Positions 41,401 through 54,739 of a stretch of DNA of 64,000 bases are shown piece after piece. The DNA comes from Catajapyx aquilonaris (lineage: Eukaryota). The translations under genes were made by a program, and so were the position numbers. The stretch's first letter is position 1. Each line of letters begins with the position of its first letter. The notes under the pieces were generated by a model, which was not told the origin of the DNA, did no database searches, and worked only from the letters and a program-made list of their open reading frames with translations. The stretch covers positions 1 through 64,000 of the forward strand of contig JYFJ02001349.1 of assembly GCA_000934665.2 (NCBI GenBank), written 5' to 3'.

Positions 41401-43201
41401 AGGTTTAGCGCAAGTCAAAATGGCAGTGCCATGTTCCAAAAGAGATTGTGTTTCCTTTGTTATTGTGTGTGACTTGGGGGAGCCTGGAGTCGAAACTACT
41501 GTATATAGGGCTACTCTCAATCTGTGCTCTTCTCCTCCCAAGGAAAGAATACGGAGAAGGGAGTTGAAAGCCAAAGCGGAAGGTAAAGTGGGGAATGTAG
41601 GTGAAAAGCATATTTCAGTGGGTCCGTTTTTATCTGGTGAGGACACCGCTATACAAACGGCTTGCAGTCTGAGTCTGAGCAATCATCCGAGTGGCTAAAG
41701 GTGATAAGAGGACTAGGCTTCTGCGTGCCATCTCCTTGCCAAAAATAACGTTCGGTTTCCCGGGATTTCACTCCATTTTTGCCACACTCATACTCAAAGT
41801 TGCATATATCTCTGCTGATGGCAGCTACCGTTTTGACAGGTCTCCGTCTTGTCCTATAATCCTACCATCTAGCTTCCGTAATGGATTTTCTCCTCTCTGG
41901 AACCAAGTTTTTTCTCCAAATCTACAATTCGCAAGAGTGTGAATTTCGCCCTCTTCATAATATTGTTATTCTATCAAACATTCGCAAGTCCAGCAGAGGA
42001 TTACTTGGACATTGAGTTCTACTGAATTATGTGAGCCGTCCGTCGGATTTTAAACACCAATCCTGCACATCATAGTCTATTATAGACCGGGCTGCCCAGC
42101 CACTTCCAATACATTAATAACGCCATAAGTGCTCTATGTAACAATTATTTTAATACTCGCTATAACTGACAACACGTGGGTGAAATTTAAATGGTTTATT
42201 TCTGGAAGTATTTCCTCACTAAAGATCTGAGTTCATATTCTGGACATATTTGTAAGTGTGAGCCACTTCGGTGGTTAGAATACCTCCTGGTCGAACCTAG
42301 CCGGCCACACCGACCAAAGTGGTTTTTCATTGTTGTTGAAGGGGGTGAAGTAGCGTACTCATCCCACGTAATGAAATTGTCCTTCCAGGAAATCCGATTT
42401 GGGACTCTGCATGTTATTTGTAGCGGCTTTCACTCTCCAATTTAGCCTATTTACTAATTTACTGCATGACTGACCTTATTGCAGTCGGTTTAATTATGTA
42501 TGCGATGTGAGAAGAGATTATCTTGGCTGCCAACGATTTTCTTGCCGCAGTGCAATGGAATTCAATACTCATTCGAAAGCACACAATGTTCCAAACAGTG
42601 TAACAATAGTGAGCAAAAAATAACACGGAGGAAAATAAAATAATATAAAACATCACTAGCATTGCTCCTTCTTGGATTACATTATGGATGACACTGACTC
42701 CGAATAAGTGAATTTCAATCAAGTTTGTTTGATGTAGGCGTCGTCCAATTGATACGGTATACAGACAGAGGAACATACAGACCTCTGATATGAGAATTTC
42801 TGTGTGCAAGAGAATGAGACCCTAATCTAACACTCTCGTCCTCCCCCGAAAAACTGATCAAATCCTTGATTATTCTGTATAAGTGTACATTATCGACTGT
42901 ACTTGTATACATTTTTGACGAAGGTAGCTTCGTGAAGGACATGATTTTTCTTTGAGATAAAAGGAAGATGCAAGTATTTTTCCGGTGTCATCCATTGAGC
43001 AGGCCGCAAACATACGATATTGTCTCCTATGTACCGTACATTTTATTCCGCATGGTCCTATAAGTTATGTGGAAAAGAAAAGCCAAAAAAGCAGGACTTG
43101 GACCCTTGCACTATTCATCCATTCGCATGATCGATACAACTTTAAATCCAGGAGTGGCCAGGAAAAAAATACTGTAGCTTGTAGTATGACTTTGTGCCTT
43201 T

Positions 43202-43485
43202 TTTTTGCTTTTTTTTTGTTACCCCGTGATAGAGCTCGTGGCCCTCTTAGGGGGTGACGGGGAAGTTCCCAGGGGAGGGCGCCGTGCGATAGCCATTTGT
43301 GACATTATTTAACACCAGGCCTTTTCTCCTGGCCCCGAGCAGAGAAGGGAGTGCAATTCTACTCCGGCATGTCGAGGGAAAAGCGGAAAAAGACCCGACC
43401 AAGCAGAGGTGACGGGGACGAGATATGAACCCCGGCCTCCCGCTTGGCTGGCCAGTGGCGTAACCACCAGACCACCATGCCGCCC
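43202..43485 (-). mobile_element. tRNA-Gly(GCC)-derived SINE, family D
   Basis: Reverse complement of 50238-50517, with the shared 3' stem-loop at 43219-43255. TSD TTTG(T/C)GCCTTT. Confidence 0.88.
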
Positions 43486-44885
43486 TTTGCGCCTTTATTG
43501 CTATCGTTCAAGACAACGATGTGTTGCTTCAATATCAGGTGTTGTTTTCCCCATGTTCACTATTCCATAACCTTCAGCGCGATTAGTAATTATTCAAGAA
43601 CAAACATATCGTCGACGATTACCCAAATTTGCTATGTTCAGCATTTTATTTTATTGGTTTACCAATAAACGAGTAAGAGAAATGTTGAAATTTCAGCAGT
43701 TAACGGCGTAGACAGCGATGGGCGTTTGGTCCCCACACAAACGAGCCCACTCGCCTTGTACATTATCCTGGAGAGTATGCACATATAAGCTTCGGAGCAC
43801 AGACTGTGCAGCGAGTTTATGTCATCCTCGTCTACGTCGTTACCGGAGGAGTTTTCGGCATTTCTCACCCATGCATATTTTAGACTGCTACTGAGCCAAC
43901 GATACCCTGGCGGGAGATTGACCTGGAATCCTGACTCACCCTGCATATACACACAAATGGTACCGGTACCGGTATATATACAGTGTGGAAATGGGATTTT
44001 GTTTTCTAAAAAAATTTATTCCGAAGTCATGGACCCTTGAGCAATAATTTATTGAAAAGCACATAATTTTGTAGCAAAATAATATGCCCGTGCCGCTTTA
44101 ACTTTTTAAGGCTATACTGTACCCTTTCAGTGATAATCACGTACATTTCCCATTATTGCAGGGGGGGGGGGCGCAGCACTTAAGAGGTTAATCATTCATT
44201 TAATGCGGGAACCCATACAAAGTTGTTCCTGCCCCATTAGGTTTAGCAAAATCATGCATGGGTAAATAGGGAAAAAAAACCTGCAATTTCATGGGCCAGC
44301 TAATTTCTGGACTTAATACACTATAACATCTGAAAACCAGATAATATGCAAAGAAATAAGATTGCAACTTGCGGAATACGTGGCACATAGCAAGATAATA
44401 TGTAATGAGAAAATTCTTTTATATTTTTCTTTAGCTCACAGAGCGTGACATGTCACGTCCGTGGCTTGTCCCAACCATCACTTTCTTAGTTTTGTCAATT
44501 TTTATGCCAGGCAGAAGATGTTATTTCACTTTTTATATTAGAGTAATGGAGAAAGGAAAACTGAAGGTAAAGGCTAGTGAATTCTTTGTCCGGAAGTTCC
44601 AAATTGCATCGATTTTATTGCAAGAGGGTTTTTGTCCCAAGGTTTCTCGTCACGTCCGTGGACAAAAACAAAGGCTGTTATAAAATCATGCCGTTATTTC
44701 ACCTCCGTTATTTTTGTGGGAACACCAGAGATAATAACTATTTTTATTTTTTTTAAATATTTAAAGGACATTCACATTTTTTCTTTTGGAAATGAAATTG
44801 CACCTTTTTCACTATTGACCCGCTTACAAAGCAGAGTAAATTATATACTGAATGTTTAAAGAAGCTTAGAACAATACTATTGAGC

Positions 44886-45228
44886 GCGGGGGAGGCACGG
44901 TGGTCGAGATGGTAACGTCTCGGCTTGCTATGCGAAAGGTCCCGGGTTCAAATCCCCACCCGGGAGCAAACCTTTCGCTTGCGTCAATGGGTCGTGACCC
45001 GCGCCTAAGGAGGCGTCTTGGCAACCTGACCTCCTGGGGGACTGCACCTGGCCCACCGCTGGACAATGCACCTGCACATGTGTCCCCTCCCCAAATCCCC
45101 AACCCTTACCCTATTTCCCAGTATTCCTTGCACCGGAGATCGAAGAAAAAAACCAGTAGAAAACCTGAATGGTTGTAGACCACCCCCCTATAACGACCAA
45201 GAGGTTGTATCACGGGGTAAATGAAAAA
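44886..45228 (+). mobile_element. SINE family A
   Basis: Homologous to 551-927, with A and B boxes and the shared 3' stem-loop at 45184-45219. Perfect 13-bp TSD AATACTATTGAGC at 44873-44885 and 45229-45241. Confidence 0.92.
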
Positions 45229-47519
45229 AATACTATTGAGCAATACGTGACAGAAGCACAGTAGGAAAACACGATTGGCAAATCGCGCGAGAGTGCTTCG
45301 ATCAGACTTACTCTCATTCTTTCAAGTATGAGCATGTGAATCGATATATCGATACCGAAATATCATTCATCATATTATACATCACTACAGCATGGCGGCC
45401 GAGGACGCGCATCGCAAACAATTAATATTCACAAATCATATTCTCTTTGATTCATATTCACAAAATTAACGCATCCAAGTGTGTCTATCGGCAACGCCTT
45501 GGACCTTTTTTTTGTACTTGCATAAACTTGTTTGAGTCATAACAAGGCCCGTAGCAGCTGCGAAAAGCTGAGTCAAAGGTTAGGCTTGGTCAACTTTTGT
45601 ACGTATTTTCATGCTAGTTAGGTTAATTTACATGGAGGGTAGGTTAGGTTACACTTCCGTGACTCTTTGTCCTCACAGGAGAGTGATGCATGCCTGACTG
45701 TGTGCGTGCGTGTGTGTATACAAGCGAGAGGGAGAGAGACGCTGCGTGCAACACGATTTATGACGCCGACATTTGACTCCGGATGTGGGCCCATTTTGTA
45801 CGGAGAGCAATATGGAAGATGCTTTTGAAGAGGGCGGAAGAGGATCGTCAAGACTCGTTTAGAAACGGAAAAGCGGTTGGGACGGACTATTCTTGGTCTC
45901 TGGCTTTATGTGAAAATTAGATAGGGCTCATATTCAGGTAGGAAATGAAAATGGGGACTTTTGGACCCTTCCCTGCCTTGAGCACTACAGCCCCTAGAAA
46001 TTTAACACTACACGGATTAGCTTATTTTTGTTACAATTCTCACTAGAAACATTAATCACGAAATTCTTCATAATTATGTATTCTTTTGCTTTAACAATCA
46101 AAAATTGGACCAAGAAGTCTTACTTATTGTCAAAATAACTCAAATGGCATGATTTCTGTTGGAATACATAAACCACGTAAGCTGCCTTCACTTTGGACAG
46201 GATCCGTAGCAGAAATTCCGATCATGACTGTCCTATATTTAAAAGATACAAATACAGTACCAATATCCACCTCCTCGATGATTTAATAAAGCTGTGCCCA
46301 ACAAGCTCACGAAAACCTGTGTTTTCAAGTAAATTCGAGACATTGTTTTAAAGAATGGAAATTGGTGATTCGTTCATTTAAGTGTAGCCAACTCTTTAAG
46401 GAGTTAAGTACGGAGCATGATGCATCCCGACCCACCGGGAAGCAGGTACATAATGATATCTCGCGGCGAAGGTGATTAGGGAGGGAAAGGAGAAGACCCT
46501 CGTCCGCGGCTTCCCCAAATTCCGTTTGGTGTGCTGAGATCGTCCTTCGTGAGATTCAACGATGTTTGTCTCAGGATGAACGAGTAGACGAAAAGGATCG
46601 TCAGCTCCGGAAATTCTCCCATATGAATCCAGCTTTACGCATTTGGTCAGATTTTCTGAAATGCGAACAGATTCCCGGGTTTTGTCTAGTATATCCCATG
46701 TGTCCCGAATCTCACGAGTCGGATCAAATTCGTACTGGTGGAAATCTCGCGGAAGCTCGATTATCTTCCCTAACCGTCAGCGGATGATGGGCAACAGTCC
46801 GCGATATTTCCACCGATAGATGCCCATGGTTAAATTCGATATTCATTGTATATACCGAACCGAAAGTTTCGCCGGAAGAATAATTATACAATCATATTTC
46901 CGTATTACCTGCAGAAGTAGTTAGGTCTTGTGCTAAAGTACGAGTCGGTGAGGAGAAGCAGTATGGTAAATCTACCAATTTGTGCCCCCCCCCNCTTCCC
47001 CCCCCCCCCCCCCCCCCCGCCGTTTTTCTCGCCCAATTTATGACCGCCTATGGAAGAAGTGAAAGAACAAGAATCCAAAACATGTAGCAGAGTAATTAAC
47101 CACTTTGGAAATACTTCCTATCTTCATTTAACAACCTGTAGTGAGGTGAAGGTCAGTGGTGAGTTGGTTTTCAAGAAATAAATTAGACTGTCAAGTGCTG
47201 CACATCCAGTGTAATATGGGGTGAAAAGTGCCAATTCCGTTAAGAGCAGAGTTTCCTTTCGAAACCTTTTACACGTTTATTTTAAAATGGGGAAACAGTT
47301 TGAAGGTTACAATTAGTAATTGAAGATGTGTTCTTTTCCTCTTGTGAATATTTGTTATAATCGAACCGATGCATTTAAAGAGTTAGTGTGGGTGTTAGAA
47401 ATTGGGGGCTGAAATCTGTCATTTGCCAATGGATGACACCCTTAGAAATAGTGCTTATTTACATTCGAATTGTTACATTTACAATCCTGTTGTAATAGTT
47501 TTATGATTTTGAAAAAAAG

Positions 47520-47810
47520 TCACTTCCTGAAAACAACACTGGATAGGTGTCCACCTTTCCGGGCAACACATTCCTCCAAGCGCTGGACGAAACCCATCAT
47601 AATGCGCTCCAGCATGTCCAGGGGAATATTTCTCATGGCGTGTCTTATCTGATCCTTAATATCAGCCAATGACTGAGGACGTGTGGCAAACACCAAACTC
47701 GTCAGGTACCCCCACAAGAAGAAGTCGGGGGTGGTCAAATCCGTCGACCGTGGCGGCCATGGAATGTCCCCAAATCTCGAAATGACCTGCCCAGGAAACA
47801 TTTGACTTTT
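47520..47810 (-). pseudogene. Tc1/mariner-superfamily transposase C-terminal remnant
   Basis: Translation FPGQVISRFGDIPWPPRSTDLTTPDFFLWGYLTSLVF...RLEECVARKGGHL matches the WPPRSPDLTPxDFFLWGYLK catalytic-end motif. The N-terminal two-thirds are missing. Confidence 0.9.
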
Positions 47811-47819
47811 AATTTGTTC

Positions 47820-48122
47820 GGTGTTCGCCACACGTCCTCAGTCATTGGCTGATCTTATGGATCATATAAGACACGCCATGAGAAACATTCCCCTGGACAT
47901 GGTGGAGCGCATTATGAAGGGTTTCGTCCGGCGCTTGGAGGAATGTGTTGCCCGCAAAGGAGGACATCTATCCGGTGTTGTTTTCAAGAAGTGACTTTTT
48001 TGGACCTTGATCCATAAATGGAATATCTTTCTCTGTGTAGTGTAATTTTAAAAAATATAATCGTTCGTTACTTACGCCATGCTGCGTCGTTTTTATCCGC
48101 CCATGACTTTTGCCCCACCCTG
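47820..48122 (+). mobile_element. Inverted second copy of the transposase 3' end, ending in a Tc1/mariner TIR
   Basis: 47820-48001 is the reverse complement of 47514-47694 with scattered substitutions. It ends GACTTTTGCCCCACCCTG|TA. Confidence 0.8.
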
Positions 48123-48235
48123 TAGTTTCAGAAACAGCTACAGCTCTTAATACTTTTTAAACATACTGTACACTACTTCAAAAATGTTTTAATGGCATTA
48201 TCCTTCAATATAATCACGCCTATAAGCCTAGTATA

Positions 48236-48629
48236 CAGGGTGGTCCAACTTCAAGTGTCGTTTTATAACGGCGATTAATAGCAGTGATTTTGCGATGACG
48301 TAGCAGCGACGTGTAAAATGTCCCACTTCGGCGCCATCGAAAATATTAGCTCCCAATAGCAGCACACATGTAATCAACCCTGCTGCTGGGTTGACCTGGA
48401 AAAAAGGAGGTGCACACATGACCTGCGATGCGCCTGGGTGAAATGGGTGACGCCGAAGGCACCAGATGGACCATGGACCTGTAATGCAAGGGGGAAGCCT
48501 GCAAACGAAACACAGCTAATATTTTCGATGGCGCCGAAGTGGGCCATTTTACACGTGGCTGCTACGATAATCGTAAAGCGCTTCTATTAATAGCCGTCAT
48601 AAAACGACACTTGAAGTTGGACCACCCTG
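48236..48629. mobile_element. Tc1/mariner-type MITE with ~115-bp TIRs
   Basis: TA|CAGGGTGGTCCAACTTCAAGTGTCGTTTTAT ... ATAAAACGACACTTGAAGTTGGACCACCCTG|TA. The duplicated peptide LLLIAVIKRHLKLDHPVY on opposite strands of the ORF track reflects these arms. Confidence 0.92.
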
Positions 48630-50237
48630 TATACGTATATTATATACAGGACATTTTAAGTCGATTCAACAAGTTTGTGCCGAAGGAAATGATCATGTTT
48701 GAAAAAATAATCACTTTGATGGAAGACATTTTTCATGTTAAAAATTATGACCTTGTCTTGCACCTCGTCACTAAATTTTTCTATTTTATGTCACTCACCC
48801 TCACCTCGCCAGGTTTGTGCGCTGTGAGGGATGGGCCCAGCTACTCAGCCGTGACCTTCCATTTTGTTACGAAGTTGTCATGCACTTCAATTCTTCAGCA
48901 TCAGAATTTCTCATTCTCATAAACAATCTCTGAATAAGCGTCGTAATTATTTCCACATCGCTCCATCAGTGGCTGTTGAACCTAAAGCAAATATTTCGTT
49001 GTCAGTCGTGACAAACTTTACATCCCGCGAAAGAATCTCCTGTCTTCTTCCTGCATAATCATTATGGCTGGCGCCTTTTTCAACACATGCACAATGGTCG
49101 TCGACAGAGAATGATTGTTTACTTTATAGCCTTAGCTGGCAAAGCTCATTTATTGATGGCTGCCTGGTTATCATTATAACGTTATGGCATCGACAAGGCA
49201 ATCTTAATGGTGGTGCGCAAGTCCGTAATAGTTACTACTAACTCTGCCCATTCACTGGCACAATAAAGCAAGGGGATCGTAAACTAATATTTGGCTACTG
49301 TGTTTTGCGTTGAGGGTGGTAAATGTAACGGGAGGGTGAGGGTGCGGCCTTTCATTGGAAATGTGATTGCAAGGAAGGATGGTGAACCCACAGCGAACGA
49401 TTATGAGGCACTCAGAGAGCTGATTAGCTCATGATTAGTTGGCAGAATTGAGGTGTAAAACTGTCGGCCTCATCCGTGACCTGGAAAGGCTTGCAGCATA
49501 CATATATCGTTTTTTACTGGATGTATCAACAGTCCAAAAAGAATTGTCCCTCGCGTCGAGCGGGCAGCCACGCGTCAGGATGAAAGGAACCAGTTATACA
49601 GCCGTACAGGTTGAGTTGGTATAATTGCACTCTTCAAAAAATTTCGGCAGTAAGCAGAGCACAGCATCTCTCGAAAGTATCAATTCTGTCAATGAACAAT
49701 AAGGTCGGCCTATATTTTGTATTACTTATATGGCAATTTCCTTATTGGTATATTTTCTCATTTATTGCACTTTGGATATTTCATGCAGCATAACTTAATC
49801 ACTGGTGTAACACATTCACTTAACTTTGCTCTGTATTGTGGACTGATTGTGCTGACTAATGCTGGGGGACGTCGAACTCGGTTGCTCCCAACAATCTCTC
49901 GGCTGCGCGGAAAATACGCTAGTGTGTAAGCGCCATAATCTGACACTAAATGTATCAAGTAATGCAATGAATTGTGTAAAATACACATTGGTGCTCAGCA
50001 ATGCACATCATGTGCATCGATGCATTTAACTAACTCAATTTTCAAAATAATTTGACTGTAATATTCTGCATTTCAGGTCTTTGTACGTACAAAGTTGGAG
50101 GACAGAGCCTGAAGACTTCCACTCTAGCCGAATCAGGAAATGAAAGCCCGGGAATGAGGTCGAACCAGGTTCGTATCCGTGGATACAACAGCTTACATCG
50201 TGTCCATAATCCGCCTTCTAAACTTACACTGATGATA

Positions 50238-50517
50238 GGGAGGCATGGTGGTCTGGTGGTTACGCCACTGGCCAGCCAAGCGGGAGGCCTGGGTTCAAAT
50301 CCCGTTCCCGTCACCTCTGCTTGGCCGGGTCTTCTTCAGCTTTTCACCCGACATGCTGGGGCAGAATTGCACTCCCTACTCTGCCCAGGGCCAGGAGAAA
50401 AGACCTGGTGTTTAAAGAATGTCAGAAATGACTACCGCACAGCGGCCTCCCTTGGGAACCCCCCCCCCCCCCNCCCCAAGAGGGCCTCGGGCCCTGTCAA
50501 GGGGTATATTTTAAAAA
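50238..50517 (+). mobile_element. tRNA-Gly(GCC)-derived SINE, family D
   Basis: Head GCATGGTGGTCTGGTGGTT..GCCAAGCGGGAGGCCTGGGTTCAAATCCCG closely parallels tRNA-Gly(GCC). Shared 3' stem-loop. TSD AAACTTACACTGATGATA at 50220-50237 and 50518-50535. Confidence 0.92.
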
Positions 50518-53500
50518 AAACTTACACTGATGATACGTCATACACAATCATGATCACTTTCGCCTGCTGCTTATTTCAACCTCGTTCTAGATATCGTACT
50601 ATATAAACATGGTGTTTCTACCTAGTATGTTCAACGACAGTCAGCCTACACATTGGCCGAATACAAGTCGAAAATGTAGGGGTGAGAAATGGATATGTTG
50701 AAGGACGAAAGGGACTACCAGATAATTATACCCATACCTTTTGAATTTAAAAACCATTAATAATTGTATGAATGGCACTTCACAACCCGCGACCCACAGT
50801 TTTGGAAGCCCTGCAGTACAGTATAATACTGAAGAAAAGAACACCCAATCATTCTTCAGAGCATGAGAAAATCTCAGAACATATCTCATAACTGTACTTT
50901 CAATTAGTTACCTGAAAAGAAGACAGAATGATGAAAAAATGAAACTTTCCGCCACCTCATTCTTCTCTTTCTCCCCTTCTTCTCCCTTAGTTTCGATTCT
51001 CTCTTCCAGAGCACCACTTTCATCATTTCCTTCCACGTTTTCTCGGATTTCCCGTTCGGAAGGGCAAGTTTTTCTTTCCCCAGTTACCTTGTGCTAATGG
51101 GAAACATCTGGCATTTTTCCAGACTCTAGCTGTGAATATTGTGCGAGGATGAGGAGAAAAATTAGACATAAATGAAGAAAAATGAAAGTCCGCCGACAAA
51201 AAATCGCCCTGGGAAGGCAATAGTTGTGAAATGACAAGAAGAAAGAAGGTCTGGAGGGGGAGAAGGGAGTTTCCCGTAAGGATGTTCCCATAGAGAGCCT
51301 TTGCTCATTTCTTGGCATCTAACGAGCAGAAAGCAAGGCGCCACTGATTACTCCAAGGGAATAACGCCAAATAGTTATTACTTCACGCAAAAAGGTTGAC
51401 TTGATGGACTTGCCTTGTGTCGCGATTTATTCTTTGCCCCAGATTTGGTCGATGGCACAAAAGAGAAAGAGGGGAAGATATGGGGAGGAGAAAGACTCAT
51501 AACATTGGGTTTGTGTCTGCCACACCCTATATTATATGCCACCAAATATGCTACCCGTTGGAAAAGCTTGGCGCCCTAGACAAACCAATTTGATGCAACA
51601 TGATCTGATCGCAGGGCGTTTCATTACATGCAGTCTGCGGTCAACCGTGATTGGAACAGCTCAACCATGAATACAAGTCCTATTCCAGCACAGGTTGATT
51701 TCGCACAATAAAAATTCATCAGTTAGGCCACTTCACAGGAAGAACTTGAGAGGGAATACTAACCTTTTCTCGTATTTTTTCTGATGGCTATAACTGGCTT
51801 GTATTTGAAATATAGCGACTATCCTCACCTGACATCATCACGAAAATTTCAATAGTGTGTTTAACTATTGATTGTCACCTGGGTCGTCTTACCTGGAAAA
51901 GAGAAAAGATAAATGTTTCAAGCAGAAGAAATAATTCACAGGCTATGCTTGTACATATCACATGAAATGCCAGAGCAAGTTAACTAATCAAGTGGAACAT
52001 GGTTCTCTTTTTAACAAGATGAGAGGATACAGGCGTCAGACTTGTATGAGATATCCTGAATGATTTGTAGGATGAATTCATGATGAGTCCTGCGGCGTTA
52101 CGCATTAGCCAACTGTGCATGCATTGCTACGAGAAAAATAATGAAAACCCTTAGAGGGATTGCGAATTGCTTCATTATTACCGAATGCTCCACAGTAAGT
52201 CTATACAGTACTGCGATGGCTATAGCTTCCAGCTTTGACGTTTAATTTCCACTATTTGCCCAGCTTAGAATAAAACTGAACATGGTAGCACAGTACTTCA
52301 AACGCAACACCTTTTATAGCACTAAAACAGTTACGTGTATGAATTCTACCTCGTATGTATGACTGTACTACGATTGTGACAAAATTTTACGTAGGGCGTT
52401 CTGCTTCATAATTTACTAAAGAATATTGAGTAATTTGGTTCTGCAATGAATCAATTACCTCAATTTTAAAGCAGAAAAAATTTCATTTAAATGCGCCATA
52501 ATTATTAGAATAATGGAGTGCAAGAGTTAATATACAGTATTTATGAAACCAGCCAGTATAGGGTCGGGCAGAGTGTGAGCGAGAGGAAGTATTAATTCAT
52601 AGTACATATAGTTCAGTCATATGAGAGCGGACCGCTGAACCGTACCTGGATATGCTTACAAGTCCTGGAACTAAATTGCTGGAGACCCCAAAAAGGCCCT
52701 TCGACCTACGGACAATTTTGGAATGACATGCAAATGATAGGAGAGCCAGAAGATATTCCGAAAGGGACCCGCCGCCCATATTATTGCGGGTGACACACAC
52801 TGAGGGATATGGTACGGCAGAGGGAAGCAAAAGGAAATGAAATGCAATAATGCCTTGGAGTACGAGGTTTATTCAAATGTATTTCGATGATTTTTTTTGA
52901 GAGCGAGTACATTTATGAGAGTGAGAGCTGAGATGCCATAATTATATTCTGCAAATGCTATTAACATTTCGCTTTACGCTCCCATGTATAGTAAATTCTC
53001 TGTCAGATCACGCAGTAAGATTTGTCATGCAAGCTGGCTGATTCTGAAACCTTTTACTGATATCTGCTATTGTAATGCAGCTATACGCAACAATACAGCT
53101 CCAATCTCTATACTGCAGAAAAATGTGACTGATTCTAGTATTCCCACATAGGCTATTGTACCGTATTGTTGGGTTTGAGTTGAGAAGCGTAAAATGCACG
53201 ACTACTGTAGTACGGAAAACCATGGCCCGTGTAGTCTTGTGTTAAATTTTTAGTCATCACTCTAACAAAGCAAGGGCTTACCTCAGTTGCCAACAGAACA
53301 GAGACCAACGCCAAAGTGTAAAATTGAGCCATTTAGTATGCCGTGTACTACATCTTACTGATTTCACATTTATGTGTCATAAACTCATAGTGATGCGGCC
53401 AGTCCGGTCAAAAAGGCGCTACTTCCTCATCTGTGATTCAAGTAAAACTTAATTTATTTTAAACTTGCTAATTTTAATTTTACATCCACAATTTTTCAGG

Positions 53501-54328
53501 CTGTAAATGGGCTATTGTTCTAGTGGGGCATTGATTTATGTGTTTTGGAACTTTTATTGCTCTTTCGTAATTTGAGACTACTGGAATCTTTTTGTAGTGT
53601 CTCAGGTACTAATTCAGGCCTTTGTTCCACCTTTTGAAATATTTTGAGCATTTGTAATGGATTCCTTGGCTTCGTTGCCTATTTCGAATGTTGCTTTAAT
53701 ATACGTATCTCTTTCCCTATATACACTGTATATAATTAATGTTCCGATGTTCTTATTTTTTAAAAAACAATAGGGGGATTAAGTGCTTCAGCTTGTGAAC
53801 ATTCAGCCTCTTATACTGTCCGATTAATATATGACTGCGTCATGTAACAGGGGAAGGGGGTACGCTGTACCAACCCAACCTAACATCACCGTCCTTCCTT
53901 CCTTGCGGATACAGCACTATCTTCAGCGGATACAGGTCAAAGTACGGGTGTACAATTACGAATGCGTATCCAAAAAGTACGGATGTCATTCATGACCAAC
54001 CCAACAATAGCAGGATTGCGGAGAGCGGAGCAGCATTAGCTGCGACTGAGTAGTAGGAGTTATTCAGCAGCAACTATTAAAGTAACAGTTATCCGACAGG
54101 GGATCGGATCCGCGATGATATGGGGTATCTGTGATTGGCCGGATAGATAGGACGATAGATGTCCTGTCTACAGACGCTTTTGAATATATAGCAGGTGATA
54201 TCGAATGGAGCACATGGTTAGGGGCACAACAAGCTGCAAAAAATAACTGCTATCGGGCAATATCACTTATCAAAAAGTTACCCACGAATCTGGACCACCC
54301 TATATATTGTGTCCAAGAGAGGAGGACT

Positions 54329-54739
54329 TGTTGTTGTACCCCGTGCTAGGGCCCTAGGCGCTCTTAGGGGAGTGGAATACCCCCATCAGGTGCAGGGGAC
54401 AGGATAGGGATAATGAGGGCGGGGGGGACACTGGTGCAGGTGCAATGTCTCAAGTTGGGTGTCGTGTGCAGTGCCTCAGGGGGCCCGTTCGCCAAGATGA
54501 CCCCCTAGATGCGGGTCACAAACTCGACACCGCACCTCCTCATGGACGGGACAAGGACAGGGACGGAAGATAAGCGGCTGTGGCCTAATTATTTAGGAAG
54601 CAATCCCGGAATTCCCCTGGGGAAGACCGTGGGAAACCACAGAAAACCACGGTTAGGATTGCCGGCCCCGGGACTCGAACCCAGCACATCCCGATTAGCA
54701 GTCCAACACCTTATATCCACTCCACCAAACTGCTTAGGT
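54329..54739 (-). mobile_element. Chimeric SINE: family B head and body + family A body + shared tail
   Basis: ~54545-54739 matches family B. ~54378-54535 matches the family A body (TGACCCGC..CTGCAC..GAGACATTGC..TGTCCCC). Tail at 54337-54370 followed by (CAA)n. Degenerate TSD CCAAGA.AGGACTT. Confidence 0.88.

Noticed and set aside
46985..47018. Long C-run (G-quadruplex candidate)
   Set aside because: It contains an N, homopolymer length is unreliable, and there is no functional evidence.
48228..48922. Two ORFs sharing LLLIAVIKRHLKLDHPVY
   Set aside because: An artefact of the MITE inverted arms, not a duplicated gene.
50052..50606. 184-aa ORF
   Set aside because: It runs through a family D SINE and an ambiguous base, with no protein similarity recognised.
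54284..54304. Lone Tc1-like TIR (CTGGACCACCCTATA)
   Set aside because: No partner TIR found, so element boundaries cannot be defined.
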